Source of the DNA: Camelus ferus
Taxonomy: Eukaryota
Length of the DNA: 64,000 bases
Assembly (NCBI RefSeq): GCF_009834535.1
Contig: NC_045697.1
Span: 25,360,001-25,424,000, forward strand
Reading direction: 5' to 3'
Positions 11,196 to 25,569 of the stretch are shown here, piece by piece. Each line of letters starts with the position of its first letter. Within the stretch, counting starts at the first letter, position 1. The notes below the pieces were generated by a model. It was given only the letters and a program-made list of their open reading frames with translations, was not told the DNA's origin and searched no databases. The translations under genes and the position numbers were made by a program.

Positions 11196-14100
11196 AATCC
11201 TATTTTATACACTGAACAAATTCATATTGCACTAGTTTATTTGCCCTAATTTCATTATACCTTGTTTTCTCCGGAATGTGGACATTTCTGTGTACTTGAT
11301 TCAGGTACATACAAACGTACCTCGACATTTGCAGTCTCCTCTACTCCTTTTTACATGTAAAAAATAAAAATATTTTGCATGTTTCTAAGTATGTTCTATT
11401 CCATATACAGGAAAGTATGGTTTTAACATAAGGACTCCATCTAAGGAAACCCAGACAGGCATTTAGGGAATATTATGAAAACCACACTTCTTGATGACCT
11501 AATGGTGACGGTGGTAGATAACAAAATGAGAATAACTTTATAATGATTGCACCAGGAACCTTCTTTACCTCTTTGAAAAAAAATCTTTGAAATTTGTGTG
11601 TGTTAATGCAAATAAAATGTTAAATTATTGAGAAATATAACAATGATTAAATTTATAAAAAAATAACCTTCTGAAAAACTATAATGCATTGAGAAAGGAA
11701 GATCAAAGGATATAACACCAAAAAAAAACCAGGCCTACTAAGAAAATGACAAGAAACAAGTAAGAGAGACATTATAGCACAGGAGACCCATGCCTAGTTA
11801 TGTAAAATATACATGATTAGCAAGATATAATCAGCTTGGAAAAGTGCAACTTCAGAAATATTTATTATACTTTTGAGTATTATAAAGCAATAGCACTAAG
11901 ATTAAAAAGGCAGGGAGCAAATTCGCTTATAATTCATTGGTAGATAATTGTATGTGATTATTATGTGATAGGCTAGGAACTTATTGTTTATAGACTGTTT
12001 TGTAATGCACTGAACATATCTCATTTAAAATGTTTGTCTACTTTCATTAGGCTGTGAGTTCCTTAAATACTGCATCTTGCAATTTGTTGTTAATATGAGC
12101 GACTTCATGAAGAGTTGTTCAATTGATTGATTTTAGCCTTTTGGTTATAATGGATAAATTACCACTGCAATTCTATATAGGGCTACCAAGTACCTTTAGC
12201 TTTATAATCTTCAAAGAGGTCTCCACTCATAAATGATACCCGAGAAATTGAACTGCTGTACTGCTCAACAGCAAGACGGTGGGGCAAAATCTGGGTGGAT
12301 ATGAGGATATGAATGAGTGGCATCACCCTTTGCAAATTATGTATAAAATCTATTACCATCATTCAAAGAGTAAGTTAGCATTGTTTTCAAGGTTTCCATT
12401 AATTTTTGTTACCTTCTGATATTTTAAGAGGGCTTTTTAAATCTTGAATTGTTAACGCTGAGTGTCTGATTCATCTCTGAAATTTAGTGCTGTAACAAAT
12501 GTTACAAAATGTATATATGAGAGAAAAATGAATCCCTTTCAATGGGGGAACTCTTTGTACTCACAGACTCACAGTTAATACCTGTTTAACTTCTTTTTTT
12601 TTTTTTTTTGGAAGTTTCCCTAACATTTAGCTGTCTACAGGACTTCCTATGTACTAAAATATTTAGACATTTCTGGCCTTGGATATTAATGTAAACCTAA
12701 ATAGCCAAATCAGTTTTAAAAATAAGATTAAAATTTTCCACCAATTAGACAAAATCCAGCTTCCTTAAGACTTTTCATAATGGCATACATAGTAATAAAT
12801 TTATTAGAACTTGATGGTAGTTGGCCATTCTTTTTAATCTTCTTTGAAGCGGAAAAAGACCCAAATCTCCCTGGATTAAGATAATGTCTTTTTATTTGTT
12901 GAGAAAAAAAGACATTTTTAATGAATTATTTGATTAGATAATCTTCATTTCTCTCGGAAAGTGTTTCTTATATATAAACTCAAAATCCCTCTTCTATGCT
13001 CATAGTACTGCAGATTGTGCAAAGGTTAGGTAAAATTCTTTTTGATTCCTAATTTAACTGAACATATCCTATTTTTCTAAGTGCAATGTTTTGAAGCCTA
13101 AAGAAGTGTTACATTCACAGGCCTTTTATTATATATATAAATTTAACATTTTGACAACAATATTGCATTTTGGGATAAGTTTAACATGCATGATCTATAT
13201 CCTTGACAGATATCCAGGTTCTTTTTAATTGTGTTTAAAGTTTATGCATAAACATCATTGTATAACCAGTATTACTTTTTTTTTGATTATTGGAATAGAT
13301 ATTGACATTGCTTGTTTAAATCACAATTTTGTTATCTTACTTCTAGAGTCTAAGGAAGCAAAATTAGCCTGTATAATGTATCTTTGTTCACCTTTAGTAA
13401 AATTTTTCCCTTTTTATAGGCAGTTCTCTACTGTTAAACCCCAATGGATATATGATAAGACTATAATTTTTGATGGATGCTCCACTGTGGGTACAAATCT
13501 TGTCATTGTGTTAAATAATCTATGCACATTTTCTTTTCCATCAAATCTTCTTTGAAATTCAAAAAATATTTCAGATATTATGATGTTTCCAAACTGTCCT
13601 CAGGGATCACTGTTCTTATTGTCAACCTTTTCTGAAAAGGGAAAAGGAAATTCAATATGGAAAAGCTTTGCTAGCTGAGTGCTTTTATTTTGTCTTCTGT
13701 GTAGCAGAACATTGAACCTATCATTTCTAAGACTGTTCTGAGAATTTTGTAATTGCAGCACTTAGATTTAAGAGACATAATTTATCATCATTCTGTTTTC
13801 AATTGCTGTAGTATTTCAGTCAAATTCAAAAGTACTTTTCTAATTTTATTTCTGAAGGTTATGTTGACCTTTCCTTTATGTTGAATAAATAACCTAAGTT
13901 TCTCTTTTGCTTGGTAAATCTAGTTTGTGTTACAAAGAAAACTGTTTGCATTTTTCTTTCTTTTTAAAAATATATTAATATATTTACTTGTTGTTTGATA
14001 AAATATATTGTATTTATTACTCCTTTCAGCATGTTGCACAAGCATGAAAATAACCATTTCCTATGGTCCTTTTTACCCTCATATATTTTAGTAACTCTTA

Positions 14101-15959
14101 AAAACACTTTCAAATATAACAGAGCTAGATTTTAGTAAGCTTATGTTATCTGTACCTATCTAAGTAAATGTTTAGTTACATACATGGGAGCTGTCCCTAT
14201 GGCTTTATACAAGTTAACCTCTGTTGCAGAGATTTACAAAGTTATTTGTTTCCATGTATAGTTATTATTGCATTTTCTTGCTGCATAACAGTATAGACTC
14301 AGATATGCTTGCAATTGTTGATGGACTGGTTCCCTTTCAAGCAGAAAGAGTAACATTGTTTAAGTCCTATTCTATATGTCTTCATGTACAATCATGCATT
14401 ATGCCTTTTTTAATAATGATACACCTTATTAGCAAATTTGCATAGTTTACCCCAGTGCATTAAAAAAAACTTCCAAAACCATTTGGTTATCTGCTTATAC
14501 TATTTATCAAATTCGTCCTTTCATTTTCATTTCGAATTTCAATATCCTTATTTCTACTTTATTGTTCCCCCCAGATGAATATCTCTTTTCTTCACCACTC
14601 CAATGGTTCCTATAAGATTAGCTATTATGAGTTCTTAAAATTAACCCCAATCATATGATTGCACTATTCAGAACATTAATATTATCAGTGCTTGCCATTT
14701 AAGAAATTCCATATTCTGTCACTATCCAACTTTATAAAACTGTAAGTCATTTATTTTCTATATATTCTCTACACCAGTCCCAAAGTAATGGTATCAAAGT
14801 GTTTATTACATGTACTTGAGATTAAAAAGCTTACACCAGAATCTAAATCAAAATGCTTTATAAAGCACATTCTAGTTAAGCTTCTAATACATTTTCAAAG
14901 CAAGATTTTCTTGATAAAGGAAGCAGTGCATTGCGTTACAGGCTAAAACAAACTCCCTTATTTCCTCATGATGTTCACAAACAATTCTTGGATCAGTCCC
15001 ATTCCATGGATGACACTTTTAGTTATTCTGCTGGTACTCTAGATGTATACACGGTTACACAGGGCCTTTCTAATTTCCCTGGGAAAATTCTACATACACA
15101 ACTTAGCTGATACTGTTTTCTTATATTTAAAAAAGGATCCACCTTTTGTTCAAAATGTATGGCTGATCTAACATGTCATTGAGAATTATTTTATTCCCTT
15201 GTTGAGGGATTTACTCATCCTACAGTTTCACTATTTTTATAATGTTTTTCCAAGAACATTGCTAAATTCAGGAGATACAGAAATAATTACTATATTTCTC
15301 TGGCTGAAAAATTCCACGTTTGTGTTTGTATCTCTGAGTATGAGTGAGCTCTAAATTTATGGAACCTTAAAATTATTATTAGCCAATAGAGAAATAGTTT
15401 TCATTACTTGAGTGTGCATATATGTAGTTGTTATTCTTGAGGACGTGACTGGACAGTCGTAATATTTTGACATAATGTTCCACATAAGGATCCATTGAGG
15501 AAGGAATCTGAATGTTTATTATTTTCTAATACTATCAAGAAACTACCAGCATGAATGTCTAGGCTTACAGAAAATCCAAGGGACAAATATGGAACACTGT
15601 TTTACGAACTATTGTATGAACCACGACCGTTATTTCACAGAAGATGATACTTTATAATAAAAACATGGGCAATAAATGGTGATTTTGAAAAGTGATTAAA
15701 AGTAGATCTCTGAATGTAAAGAAGTTTTAGGAACCCTGTAACAATTTATTCCACTAATACTTTTCTTTATATACAGAATTGGATAAACACTAACTGTATG
15801 CCAAAAACAGTTTGAAGGTATTTTATGCAATTTGACTAACTTAATCAGTACCTTTACCATAACTTCACAAGTTTTACAGATAGGAATGATGTGGAAAATG
15901 CATGCATTAATAAGTATAGGCTCCCAGAATAATATCTGACCTGTGTTAACTACTATGTT

Positions 15960-16100
15960 ATTACATTTTTTTCCCAATTTAGGGATGAGGAGTCTGAAAC
16001 AGTGAGGTTAATTAGCTCCCTAAGTTGCAGCTAGCTGATGGAAAACTTGACATTAGAGCCCAAAGATTCAAATTTTTAATTTCCATCCTGTACTGCCTTT
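15960..16100 (-). mobile_element. MIR fragment
   Basis: cccaatttagggatgaggagtctgaaacagtgaggttta...cagctagctgatgg matches antisense MIR core. Confidence 0.65.
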
Positions 16101-16419
16101 TAGTCTTGAGTTACACAAATAGTCAATACTTTCCGGTGCAGGGGATAGATAACTCAACAAACATGATAAATGAAACATGTAAAGTAAAATATGCTTTAAT
16201 AGTTTTGATAGAGGTGCATAGAATGTGCTGTTACATTTCTGAGAAGCGTCACTGTCACCAGACTTGGGTGAAGAGCAAGGATGGCTTCTGGTTGGAAGGA
16301 ATGTCCAAGGCAGATTTTGAAACAGGAATAAAACTTAGATATAGGCTTGGTGTTGACAGTAATGGAAGAGGTTTTCTCAACAGCAGTCATCCTGTAACAT
16401 TTTCCCACTTCCTTACCTC

Positions 16420-16800
16420 ATTATAACTGCTCTGTCCACAAGCACGCTGGGCAGAATCCCACCGCGAGACCTTTGCACTAGTTCCCTCTGCCTAGAAAGC
16501 TCTTCCGCAAAATAGCCACATGGGTTAATCCTTTATCCACTTCAGATTTTTATTTAAAATTCTTACCTGTGAGGCCTTCCCTGGCTAATCTGTTAAAAAT
16601 TGCAACTCACAACAACAATATTTCTATCTCCTTCCTCTATTTTTCTCCTTGCTATGTGTCACTATGTATTTTGCTTATTTTGTCAACCTCCTCCACTAAA
16701 ACGTAAAGGAATAAGGGCAGATATTTTTGTCTTCTCTGCAGCAGTATTCCTAGTGCATGGTGGACCTGCACGTGGTTCATGTTGCTTGATAACAGGATGC
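16420..16800 (+). mobile_element. L2 3' end
   Basis: cctttgcactagttccctctgcctagaaagctcttcc...gaggccttccctggct...ctccactaaaacgtaa...gggcagatatttttgtc...tattcctagtgc, L2a-like 3' region. Confidence 0.75.
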
Positions 16801-17812
16801 TTATCGAGGTCTGGGGTGGGGGGAGTGGGTGGAGGTAATTTTAGGCAGGCAAAGACCATGGTAAGTTGTGCTTTACTAAAGTGTTTGAACTCAGTTGTCT
16901 TGGTGATGAATCTTAATTAAGATGGTGATGTAGTCCGTTTTTTAGATTAGAAATGTCTATTGAAGTCATTCTGAAAATAAATTGGAGAAGTATAAAGAAG
17001 GATTTGGACACCAGTTAGGTAATCATTGCTATAATCCGGGCCATTAAATTATAACAGTTCATGAGAACTATTTGAATTGGGGCTCTAGGTATTCCTCATA
17101 GTTCCAGTTGAACCTGATTTCTCACATTGCATGAGAAAGGGTTACGTTAGAGGAGTAGGTATAAGTCCTGTACCATTATGTAAATTCCTGCTCTGACCAG
17201 GGTACCCTTCTCGTGTTTGAGTGACTTTGAGTGACTTGGTTGAACTCTTAGTTAGCAAATTGCTTATAGTGACTTCAAGAGCGCACAATAGGTATTACAG
17301 TATTTAACTTTTGACTATTAGGAATAACTATCCTGTCAAGAACATCACATGTGGTAGTTGCATGCTTGATTTTCCAGCTGACAATCCTCTTTCTCTTGCA
17401 ACCTTCTTTACAACAAAATTGTCTTTTACTATGTTTTATCCCATTTCTTTTACTCTGTTTTATCCCACTTTTTCCCAAACACAAACACAAGTTTTATCAA
17501 ATGGATAGAGGGATTTTTTTCTCCTAAAGAAGAAAATGCTATGTTTTAGCACACTTGTATCTCTGAACTTCCCAGATTTGTTTTGCTTAATATAATTCAC
17601 ATATAAAGAAATTACCCTAAAGCCTCTTCTCATGCTTTCTTAAGATTCTTAATGACATATTTTTTTTGTATGTCGGGAGTTAGAAGTAAAATTTAGTGAG
17701 GCGAGCGTGTAGGCACTGATGTTTTAGAGAATAATCTCTTATACATTTGACATAGGACATGAAATACTTTGTACTGCTTGCTTGGGCCATCATATTTTTC
17801 TTAGCAATTTTT

Positions 17813-17979
17813 TTCTTTTTTGAGTAAAGGCAGATTTATTTAGAGAGATACATTGAAAGGCAAGAGAAAGGCCATGAGGTGTGCGGGTGGGGTGCTCAGA
17901 TTAGAGTAAGAGGAGGTACACACTCCATAGACAGACTGCGGGCCGTCTCTGAAGAGGAGGAAGAGAGAGCGGCGGCAGT
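17813..17979 (-). mobile_element. Polyadenylated retrocopy of an ERV LTR R region
   Basis: The reverse complement of 17821-17979 aligns to 46418-46574 of the solo LTR (12 mismatches over the 3' 129 nt, hand-aligned). T-tract 17808-17820 is the A tail; TSD gcaattttt (17804-17812) / gcaaatttt (17980-17988) followed by aa. Confidence 0.85.
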
Positions 17980-18099
17980 GCAAATTTTAACTTTTTATAA
18001 CATTTGCCTGTACACTGCATGCGTGCGTAACATTTAAATCATTCAAAAAATTCTTGAACATTACTTAATTTTCTTTCATTTAATATGGATAATTAAATG

Positions 18100-18290
18100 A
18101 TCTCAGACATAGTCTATAGCATTGATACGGGCCTAAGCCAATGAGCCAGTGATAGAAAGCAAAGAAATACCTCTGTGCATATATAGAAACTTGGTATTTG
18201 AGAGAAGGGACAGTGCAAAATGAATAGACTATTTATTATGAATAATCAATTTGATAAACGGTTGTGGGAGAATTGACAATAGGGAAAAAA
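18100..18290 (+). mobile_element. Old L1 ORF2 fragment
   Basis: ccaatgag...atagaaagcaaagaaatac...catatatagaaacttggtatttgag...aatttgataaacggttgtgggagaattg resembles the decayed QWNRIESPEI...YGNLIYDKG...FNKWCWENW segment of ORF2. Confidence 0.55.
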
Positions 18291-21200
18291 CAGTTTTTCT
18301 TCCTCCTTGTTTTTTAAAATAATTTTACTCCATATGTATGTAATATAAATATTTTGTGATTTTTACAACTTACATAGACAATATCTTACTCAACTATAAG
18401 GAAATATTTCTCCGGATTGGTCACTTATTAGCTAGGCTCCCAGGAATGAAACCAGCCTTCTGCATAGATGCATAAGAGCAAGTAGCCATGGCTGGTGACA
18501 AAGCTTGGACCACAGCCCCTTCCTAGCCTAGTCCCCATCATGAGGGAAGGGATGAGGGACAGAAGCTCTCCCAACCATAAGCAGAGATGTAGCCAATAAT
18601 ACCCCATCAAAAAGCTACAACATCAAATATGAGACCCCAGCCCCTGGATTGTGCCACTGTTTGGATTGGCAGAAAAGGGCGAGAGCCAAGACTCGGCATG
18701 TTATTTATTAGGACTGACTCCTGTTGACAACAGAAGTAGGTTCCCTAATCATGCAGCTTCAGAGACCTACAGTCAAAAGCTGAAGTTCCTTTTAAGTTCT
18801 CTTAAGTGTAGTTGGCCCTGCCAAATAGCTGTGCAACGTCTCAGAGGATGATGTGTGGTGGGTATCGTATGCACATGCTGTTGACACTGCCTCTGGGAGC
18901 TTTCCCCATTCCAGGCTGCACCAGCAGGCGTGGGCTCAGGACGGCTCAGTGCTTTGCTCTTGTTGCATGACACATACTATACGCAGGGAATTAAGGATTC
19001 ATCACTTACATACTACAGATCACATTGGAAAGATACGATAATTGCAAGGAAATTTTAGTAAAAGTCATAATAGAGAAGAATATGTGATTTGAAGAGGCCA
19101 AAAAAAAGAAAGAAAGAAAGATGAGGGCAAATGGAGTTTCACACAAAGAGTTTAGCATCTATTTTATTGAAGTAAAAATAAATGGAAAATATGTATTCAG
19201 CTAAAATAGAAGTATATCTTAATCTGATATAAGGAAAAACTTTACAAATGTAAATTGGTAGGATTGCTTTAAAATAAAGTATACATTTTGGGAAACTAAT
19301 TTAGCCTTGTATTCATCTAGTGACTTTTAATTAGGAATTCTGAGGTTTAACTTCAAACATATAGAAGAAAACAAATCGATGAGTAAGAAAAAGAATGATA
19401 GAAACAGATGAACCAGCCAGGCTTCCCTTATGCTAGTGTTCAGTTGCAAGCTGGAAAAGACATCGCTGAGGACCAGTAAATTTAGTTTAGCACTGGAACC
19501 TATCAATCGGAAGATTTCTCACCTCTTCATATATCCATTTAAAAGGAGTATTCTATGGAAATATAATGTCAGTATTTTAAACATTATCCTCCCCAAAATC
19601 TCACCATGTCTGTTATTTCTGCCCAAATCCCCTATGTCTGTCAGGCAGGTACAATCAAGACCCAGTTGTGCACCTGTAATTATTAGCATTTGGCAAATGG
19701 TAGAAAGCTAGTGTGAAATGGAAAATACCTTACAAATGTATTCTCCCTTCGAAATTTCACATGCTTTATGTGCCCTGTCCCAACAGCACTCATATTAATC
19801 CCATAATGCAAAAATGTCTAATTAGAACCAATTTGATAAGCAGTCAGTTATCTGCATTAAACATATGTGTTACTATTCATTGTACAAGTAAACCTATTAT
19901 GTCCAAGAGAAATCAGAGTCATTAGATCAGAAAGGCTTACTAAAATTGAACACTGCTAAGCAAAATTAAGGATTTCTATTTTAGAAGAAAACATACATCT
20001 CATTTCAAAGTAAATGACACATTAATAGACATAATTAGCACTATAAAGTGTTCAAGAGTCTTGAGAAAATTAATATGAGTATTGAGTTTGAATGGGGTAG
20101 ATTGCTTCAGAGGCCATCTACATATTCTATTATGAACAGGTTTTAAGCATATTAACGCTTTAAACAGGCTTAGGAAGTAATAGATATTCTTTGAAGCAAG
20201 AAACTGGAAAATGAATATAAAGAGAGAATTGAACTTCCCAAATTATCAGAGACCTTAATAAGTAAACTTCCTCCTTTTTGATCTTAGTGACAAATTACTG
20301 ACTCATAAGATCAGAAAATAAATCCTCATCCGAAGCTGAACTCTGTAACTGTATTTTACTGCTTCTCAATTTCATGGGTGCTCGATGCTTTCTGTATTGT
20401 GCAGGGATTTACATTCCTGATTAGTAAGACTTCAATGGACTGATACAATTCCAGTCATAATTAGAACCCTTGTAGCAGTATTTGCACTTCCACTGATAGT
20501 TAATCGATACCATTTTAGCATCTTAATTGCTTCATGAAATAACTATTTTAAGAAATTTATTATCTTTATGAGGCTTAAAATAATGTTTCATTTTCAAACA
20601 GTGCAATTGCTGTCCATGAGGCTTTCAGGATAAAGTTCAAACTCATCAGACAAGCTACTACCTACAGTATTTCAGGATCACTGTCTTCATTTCTGTTGTA
20701 ATTTCTTCTGTCTTTCCAGTGCTCAAGTCCCAGTCATTTCAGTGTTGGTGAAATTCTTACAAAGGGCTGCAGGGTTTGCTACCTCTCTGCCTTGTCCTTT
20801 CATCTTCATTTGATTTCCTTTCACTCATCCTGACAGATTCAACTCAGCCACATGTTCCAATATTTTATTTGGTCAAAGAACTCAAGAGCTCATTAGATGC
20901 CATTTCCTTGTTCTGATTTTACTCTCTGCTTATCCTGTGATGACACCCATCGTACCAGTGTAATTCCTACCTCTAGATTTCAAAATCTTCCAAGACCAGA
21001 TAGGAGCTTATCTAACTTTGTACTCTCAATATGTAACATGGTTTTTGTTTTGATGTAGGTGTGCTGAATTTTTTAAAAAATGAAACTAAGTCATTATTCC
21101 TAGATCAATTATACGAAGGTGGTAAATGATGTCAACATAAGAGATCAAACCAGTTCCCACCTTCGACTTTGAAATAACAAAGTCATGCAGTTCACATCAG

Positions 21201-21804
21201 TGCCAGGCTTATTGACTGGTTTATTATTCATGTATTCAGTAAATGTTTACTGAGGGCCTGCTAGGTGCCTGGCACTTTGCGAGGCAGTATATAAGTTTGT
21301 TAAAGAATTCAGGCTTAGCTGACACATTACCCTAGTCATGTAAATAGTAATGAAAAACTAAATCATATAAATAAAAATGTTTGAATATGTTTAAATTTCC
21401 TATGAGTGAACTGTATGCTGTTGATCATCTGTGATCTGCCAGCAGCGTATTAGTAGTGTAGCGTTCCCAGGGAAGAGTGATAGAACTGGTCTCACGTATC
21501 TCTGCTGGAAATTTTCATTGAGTTAATTGCTTTGTGCATTGTTTTACCATTTCCCTGTAAGCCTTACTTTCCTCTGTTAGACCATACAACGATCTTTCTA
21601 GCAAGTTGCCTTAAACTTTGCACCAGGTAGTTTTGTCCATTTGTTGCATTCCTCCAAGCAGAAATTCTGCATCAGTTTCTTAAAGGACTAGATATGTCTT
21701 CAAGCACTTGAATAGATGTTTTAAATTATATTTGTTGAAAGAATAATCAGCTCACTAAAACAGAATAAACACTGGTAGGTGGTAGGTAGTGAAAGTATAG
21801 GTAA

Positions 21805-21975
21805 TATTGTGTGACCTTAGTCAAGTCAGTGTTTCCAAGTCTCAGTTCATTCCTCTGTAAGATAGAGGAAAGTATCTGTTTCATAAGATACTGAACAGAT
21901 TAAATGATGTAATACATATGAAGCTCTTACAGTAATTCCTGGCACATAGTAAATATTTCACAAGAGTAATTAGTA
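21805..21975 (+). mobile_element. MIR SINE
   Basis: gtgtgaccttagtcaagtca...tctcagttcattcctctgtaagatagagg...gattaaatgatgtaatacatatgaagctctta...cctggcacatagtaa matches MIR core and 3' end. Confidence 0.85.
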
Positions 21976-24900
21976 TCAAACACACACATACACACACCCT
22001 GCTCACACTCACCTATTTATAATTAAGAATGTCTGAAGAGCAAAGGGGATATAAGAAAGGAAGAAGAGACCCAAAAAATATATTTTTTTTAGAATTATGT
22101 TAAAATATCCTGGGCTTAAGCTGTATGTTTACTCTTCTGTTCATTGTGAAATTATCGTGATACAAAAACAATTTTTCCTAAACTTAATCTTAATTTAGTA
22201 CTAATTGCACTTCCCTCAGGATTCAAGTTTTGAACAACTAGGAAAATGAGTGACTATTAGATTTTGCATAAGATTTTTAATGAGCGTTACACTGATAAAA
22301 ATGGGAAAAATGTTTTTAATATGCTACATTAATCTAGAAATCATCTTCCCAAAAAGTTGATAACATTTTTTTAAAATTAAAGAGATCAATGTAAGGCATG
22401 AAGGGTAAAATCAGTAACAGGAAAACATAAGTCTTGGAACATAGGCAGTTAAATCAGGTCATTAATTACAGTTTTGAAATATGCAAAGACTGAAATGTAA
22501 GAAATCTACTCAAATCAAAATATTTCTCTTAAAAGTAATAAATAAATAAAAACGTATATAGAATAAATATACTAAGAACATGTACCATTTTGATACTATC
22601 CTATTTCCCAGATATCATGGCTATTATATTATCAAAACCCCTCAAGAAAGGAAAAAAATGTAATATTGCCATAGAAAATGTCAGAATTCTTCACTTATTT
22701 GGAAAAGAGTGATGAAAGACTTTTGATAGGCCAGTTAATAAAACCAGATATTTACACAGTATCTCATTAACTATTCCTCCTTATGTTCCTCCTAGGTTTG
22801 GTAAAATTATTTCTATTATTGGATGTGAAACTTTGAATTGTATACTAAGCTGACCCTCTTTACCCAAGTACAAATTAAGCTTTACTGCCTCCCCCCACTA
22901 TTAAAGTTATTCTATTACTTTTCTTAAACTTTTCTTAAATTTTTCTACATAAACCAAATCTATATGACTTCTGTATCTCCAAATGTAACAAGGCTTTGCT
23001 GATATTATGTTAAATGTCACATTAATAGTAACAGTATTAATCCACATTTTCAGTGTGAAGTTTGCCATTCCAAAAAATTAACCATGACAGCTAATAATTG
23101 GAATTTCTTATTTTTGATTTAGTAATTGTCATGCTAAAATATCAGTAAAATGTCAGTAAGCATTGTACCTGTCAAAATTTAATTTGAACTGAAACATATC
23201 ACACATTATGCAGGTTGTCAGACCAGAGAATTTCTGAATTGGAACATGTAAAATATTTCCTTCAGTAAAGTTGATAACTTCAGAAAAAAAAATATTGTTT
23301 TCCAACTAATATCTAAAAGAACATTTCCCAAGAGTGAGGCAAAAAGTTAATATTGAAGAGGTTATACTTAATGCAATTGATAGTAGAATTGGCATTCAAA
23401 AATAAGAAAGATCAGCTTGTTTAGGATTTGTTTTTTAACATTTCCACTTTGTACTTTTTTATAATAGATTATTTTCTAAAGTAGTTTTAGGTTCGTGGAA
23501 TTAATTTCATTATGGTTGAGACAGAAAAATGCCAGAATTACAAAACCAAGTCCAGAGTGAATATATAAAAATGTCAAGTTCATAGGTGACAAATTATCGT
23601 GTTTCTAAGTTGAGAAGTAAAAGATGTTGCCTATAAAGTGATTTGTAAAAACAATTCTAAGTAAACATGATATATTTCTGTATATATAGTCCATTTTATA
23701 AATGATTATTTTTTCCCTTTCCCAAAACCTATTGATTTTTCTTGTAGACAATTTCGGTATTATATTAAGAAAAAGAGGAGGTATTAGTTTTTGTTGCTTC
23801 TAATGCATGGAAAAAATACCAAAATGACAGCTAAAATATATACATTTTCATCAACATTTAACAATTCACTATGGGACATATGAAATCCAACGAAAATGCT
23901 TTTATTGTTTATTAATACTTCCTCGAGTATCAGGTAAATCTTCTAGCAAATGCCACTAGCATTTTCAAGTGACATTTATAATCAAAATTATCTAATATTT
24001 ATCTACTTGTGTTGTTTATTTAAAAAATTGAAGATTATAACATAGTTACTCTCACTATCTTTTTGTTTCTTAAGGTTGGAAATTCGTCACACTTCAGAAA
24101 ACTGGAATTTGACTTGTGACATATGAAAGTTGATTCTGAGAAACAGTTATTAAAATATTTTGCATGGCCATTTTATATATATTAGAATATGCTGGGCTTA
24201 TTTTATGGTAGCACAGATACAATGAAGAAATAAAATGATGACATATTTATTCTGCAAACACCTTTTCTTTATTGACAACAATATTATCGTTGTCCCAGTT
24301 ATTTTTAGGGCATCTATTATGTAAAAGTTACTGTGTTCTTACTGGTTCTTCATAGAAACACATAAAACACTGGAAAACATGATATGTGATAAAAAGGAAA
24401 TATCTGAGGAAGTTGTTACGTTACACTTTAACTCTTTGGAGGAGTTAGAATTAAAAATGAATAGGAATATCATAATTGAAATGGGCAGGGAGAGTAAAGA
24501 GAGAAGACAGAATACATGCATGTGAATGGACAATCCTGGGTACATTCAGAACAAAAATGTGTTCCTCTTGGCTAGAACAGTGTTAGTCACTTTTATTTGT
24601 TTTTCTCTGCTCTACTTCTCCCAGAAACTTGATCCACTGATTTCTCCACCTGAAATCTCAGTCTAGTATTTTATCTAATCCTGACTGGGATAATAGAAAT
24701 ATCAGCAACCACATCGGCTAATCCGATGGGGCTCAGAGTTTTTAGGCTTCAGTGTCAAATTTGGACACTCAGTGACACAGTGACAGTCAGAGTTACTGTT
24801 TTTAAAGTTGCCCTTGATGCCAGTACGTTTACAGGCTCTTTTATAAGGGGCCACAACTCTAAAACCTTGTTGTACCAACCCTGCTGCCTTTTTTTGACTT

Positions 24901-25569
24901 TTGCAGTCTTTCTTAATGTTGGGCCAACCCTCTACTGCTACATTTCATTTATTATTTGCAATATATACTATATGCTCTATAATGAACATCGGACTATTGA
25001 CAGAGACATGTATCTCTTCTTGTCTTTCTCTCGGTGGGAGATGTGTTTCTTCCACTCACAAATAAAAGGGTTCTCTGTCCTCCTGACCTATGGATCCCCT
25101 AACATTCTAATCCATTCACCTGAATGGTAGTGTATGATTATGTAAAAGTTATTATGGTATTAAAAGTTATTATGAAGAGTAAGGGATTGTGTAAAAATTA
25201 TTCACTATGCCTGGGTGTCTGACATAAAGTCTTTCATAGGGAAATGATAGAAGGAATTTTCTCAATAAAATATTTCATTCATTTTTTGACTTTCCAAATA
25301 TGAGTAGCCTATGGGATAAAGGAGCCAAGATTCTTCATAGGCAAAGAGATACGTAGACATGGGTCTTAGAATAGTATCTTGGCTGATTAAATGATTTTAG
25401 AAATCATTACCTTATAGTAGTGATAAAAGTCATGGAAGCACATTATGCCATAGAAGAAGAGGTGGTCTGAGCTGAACTTCATCATGTGCATTTTGGTGTC
25501 ATCAGCATAGTAAATCTTACTATGACAGTAATCTAAACTCTTACGGTCAGCCAGCATTCTAACGTTACA

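Noticed and set aside
16813..16834. G-quadruplex
   Set aside because: Only three separated G3+ tracts; weak candidate with no context.
24316..25151. 15-bp direct repeat attatgtaaaagtta (24316-24330, 25137-25151) as a TSD
   Set aside because: No A tail or recognisable element between the copies; an AT-rich match of this length can arise by chance.
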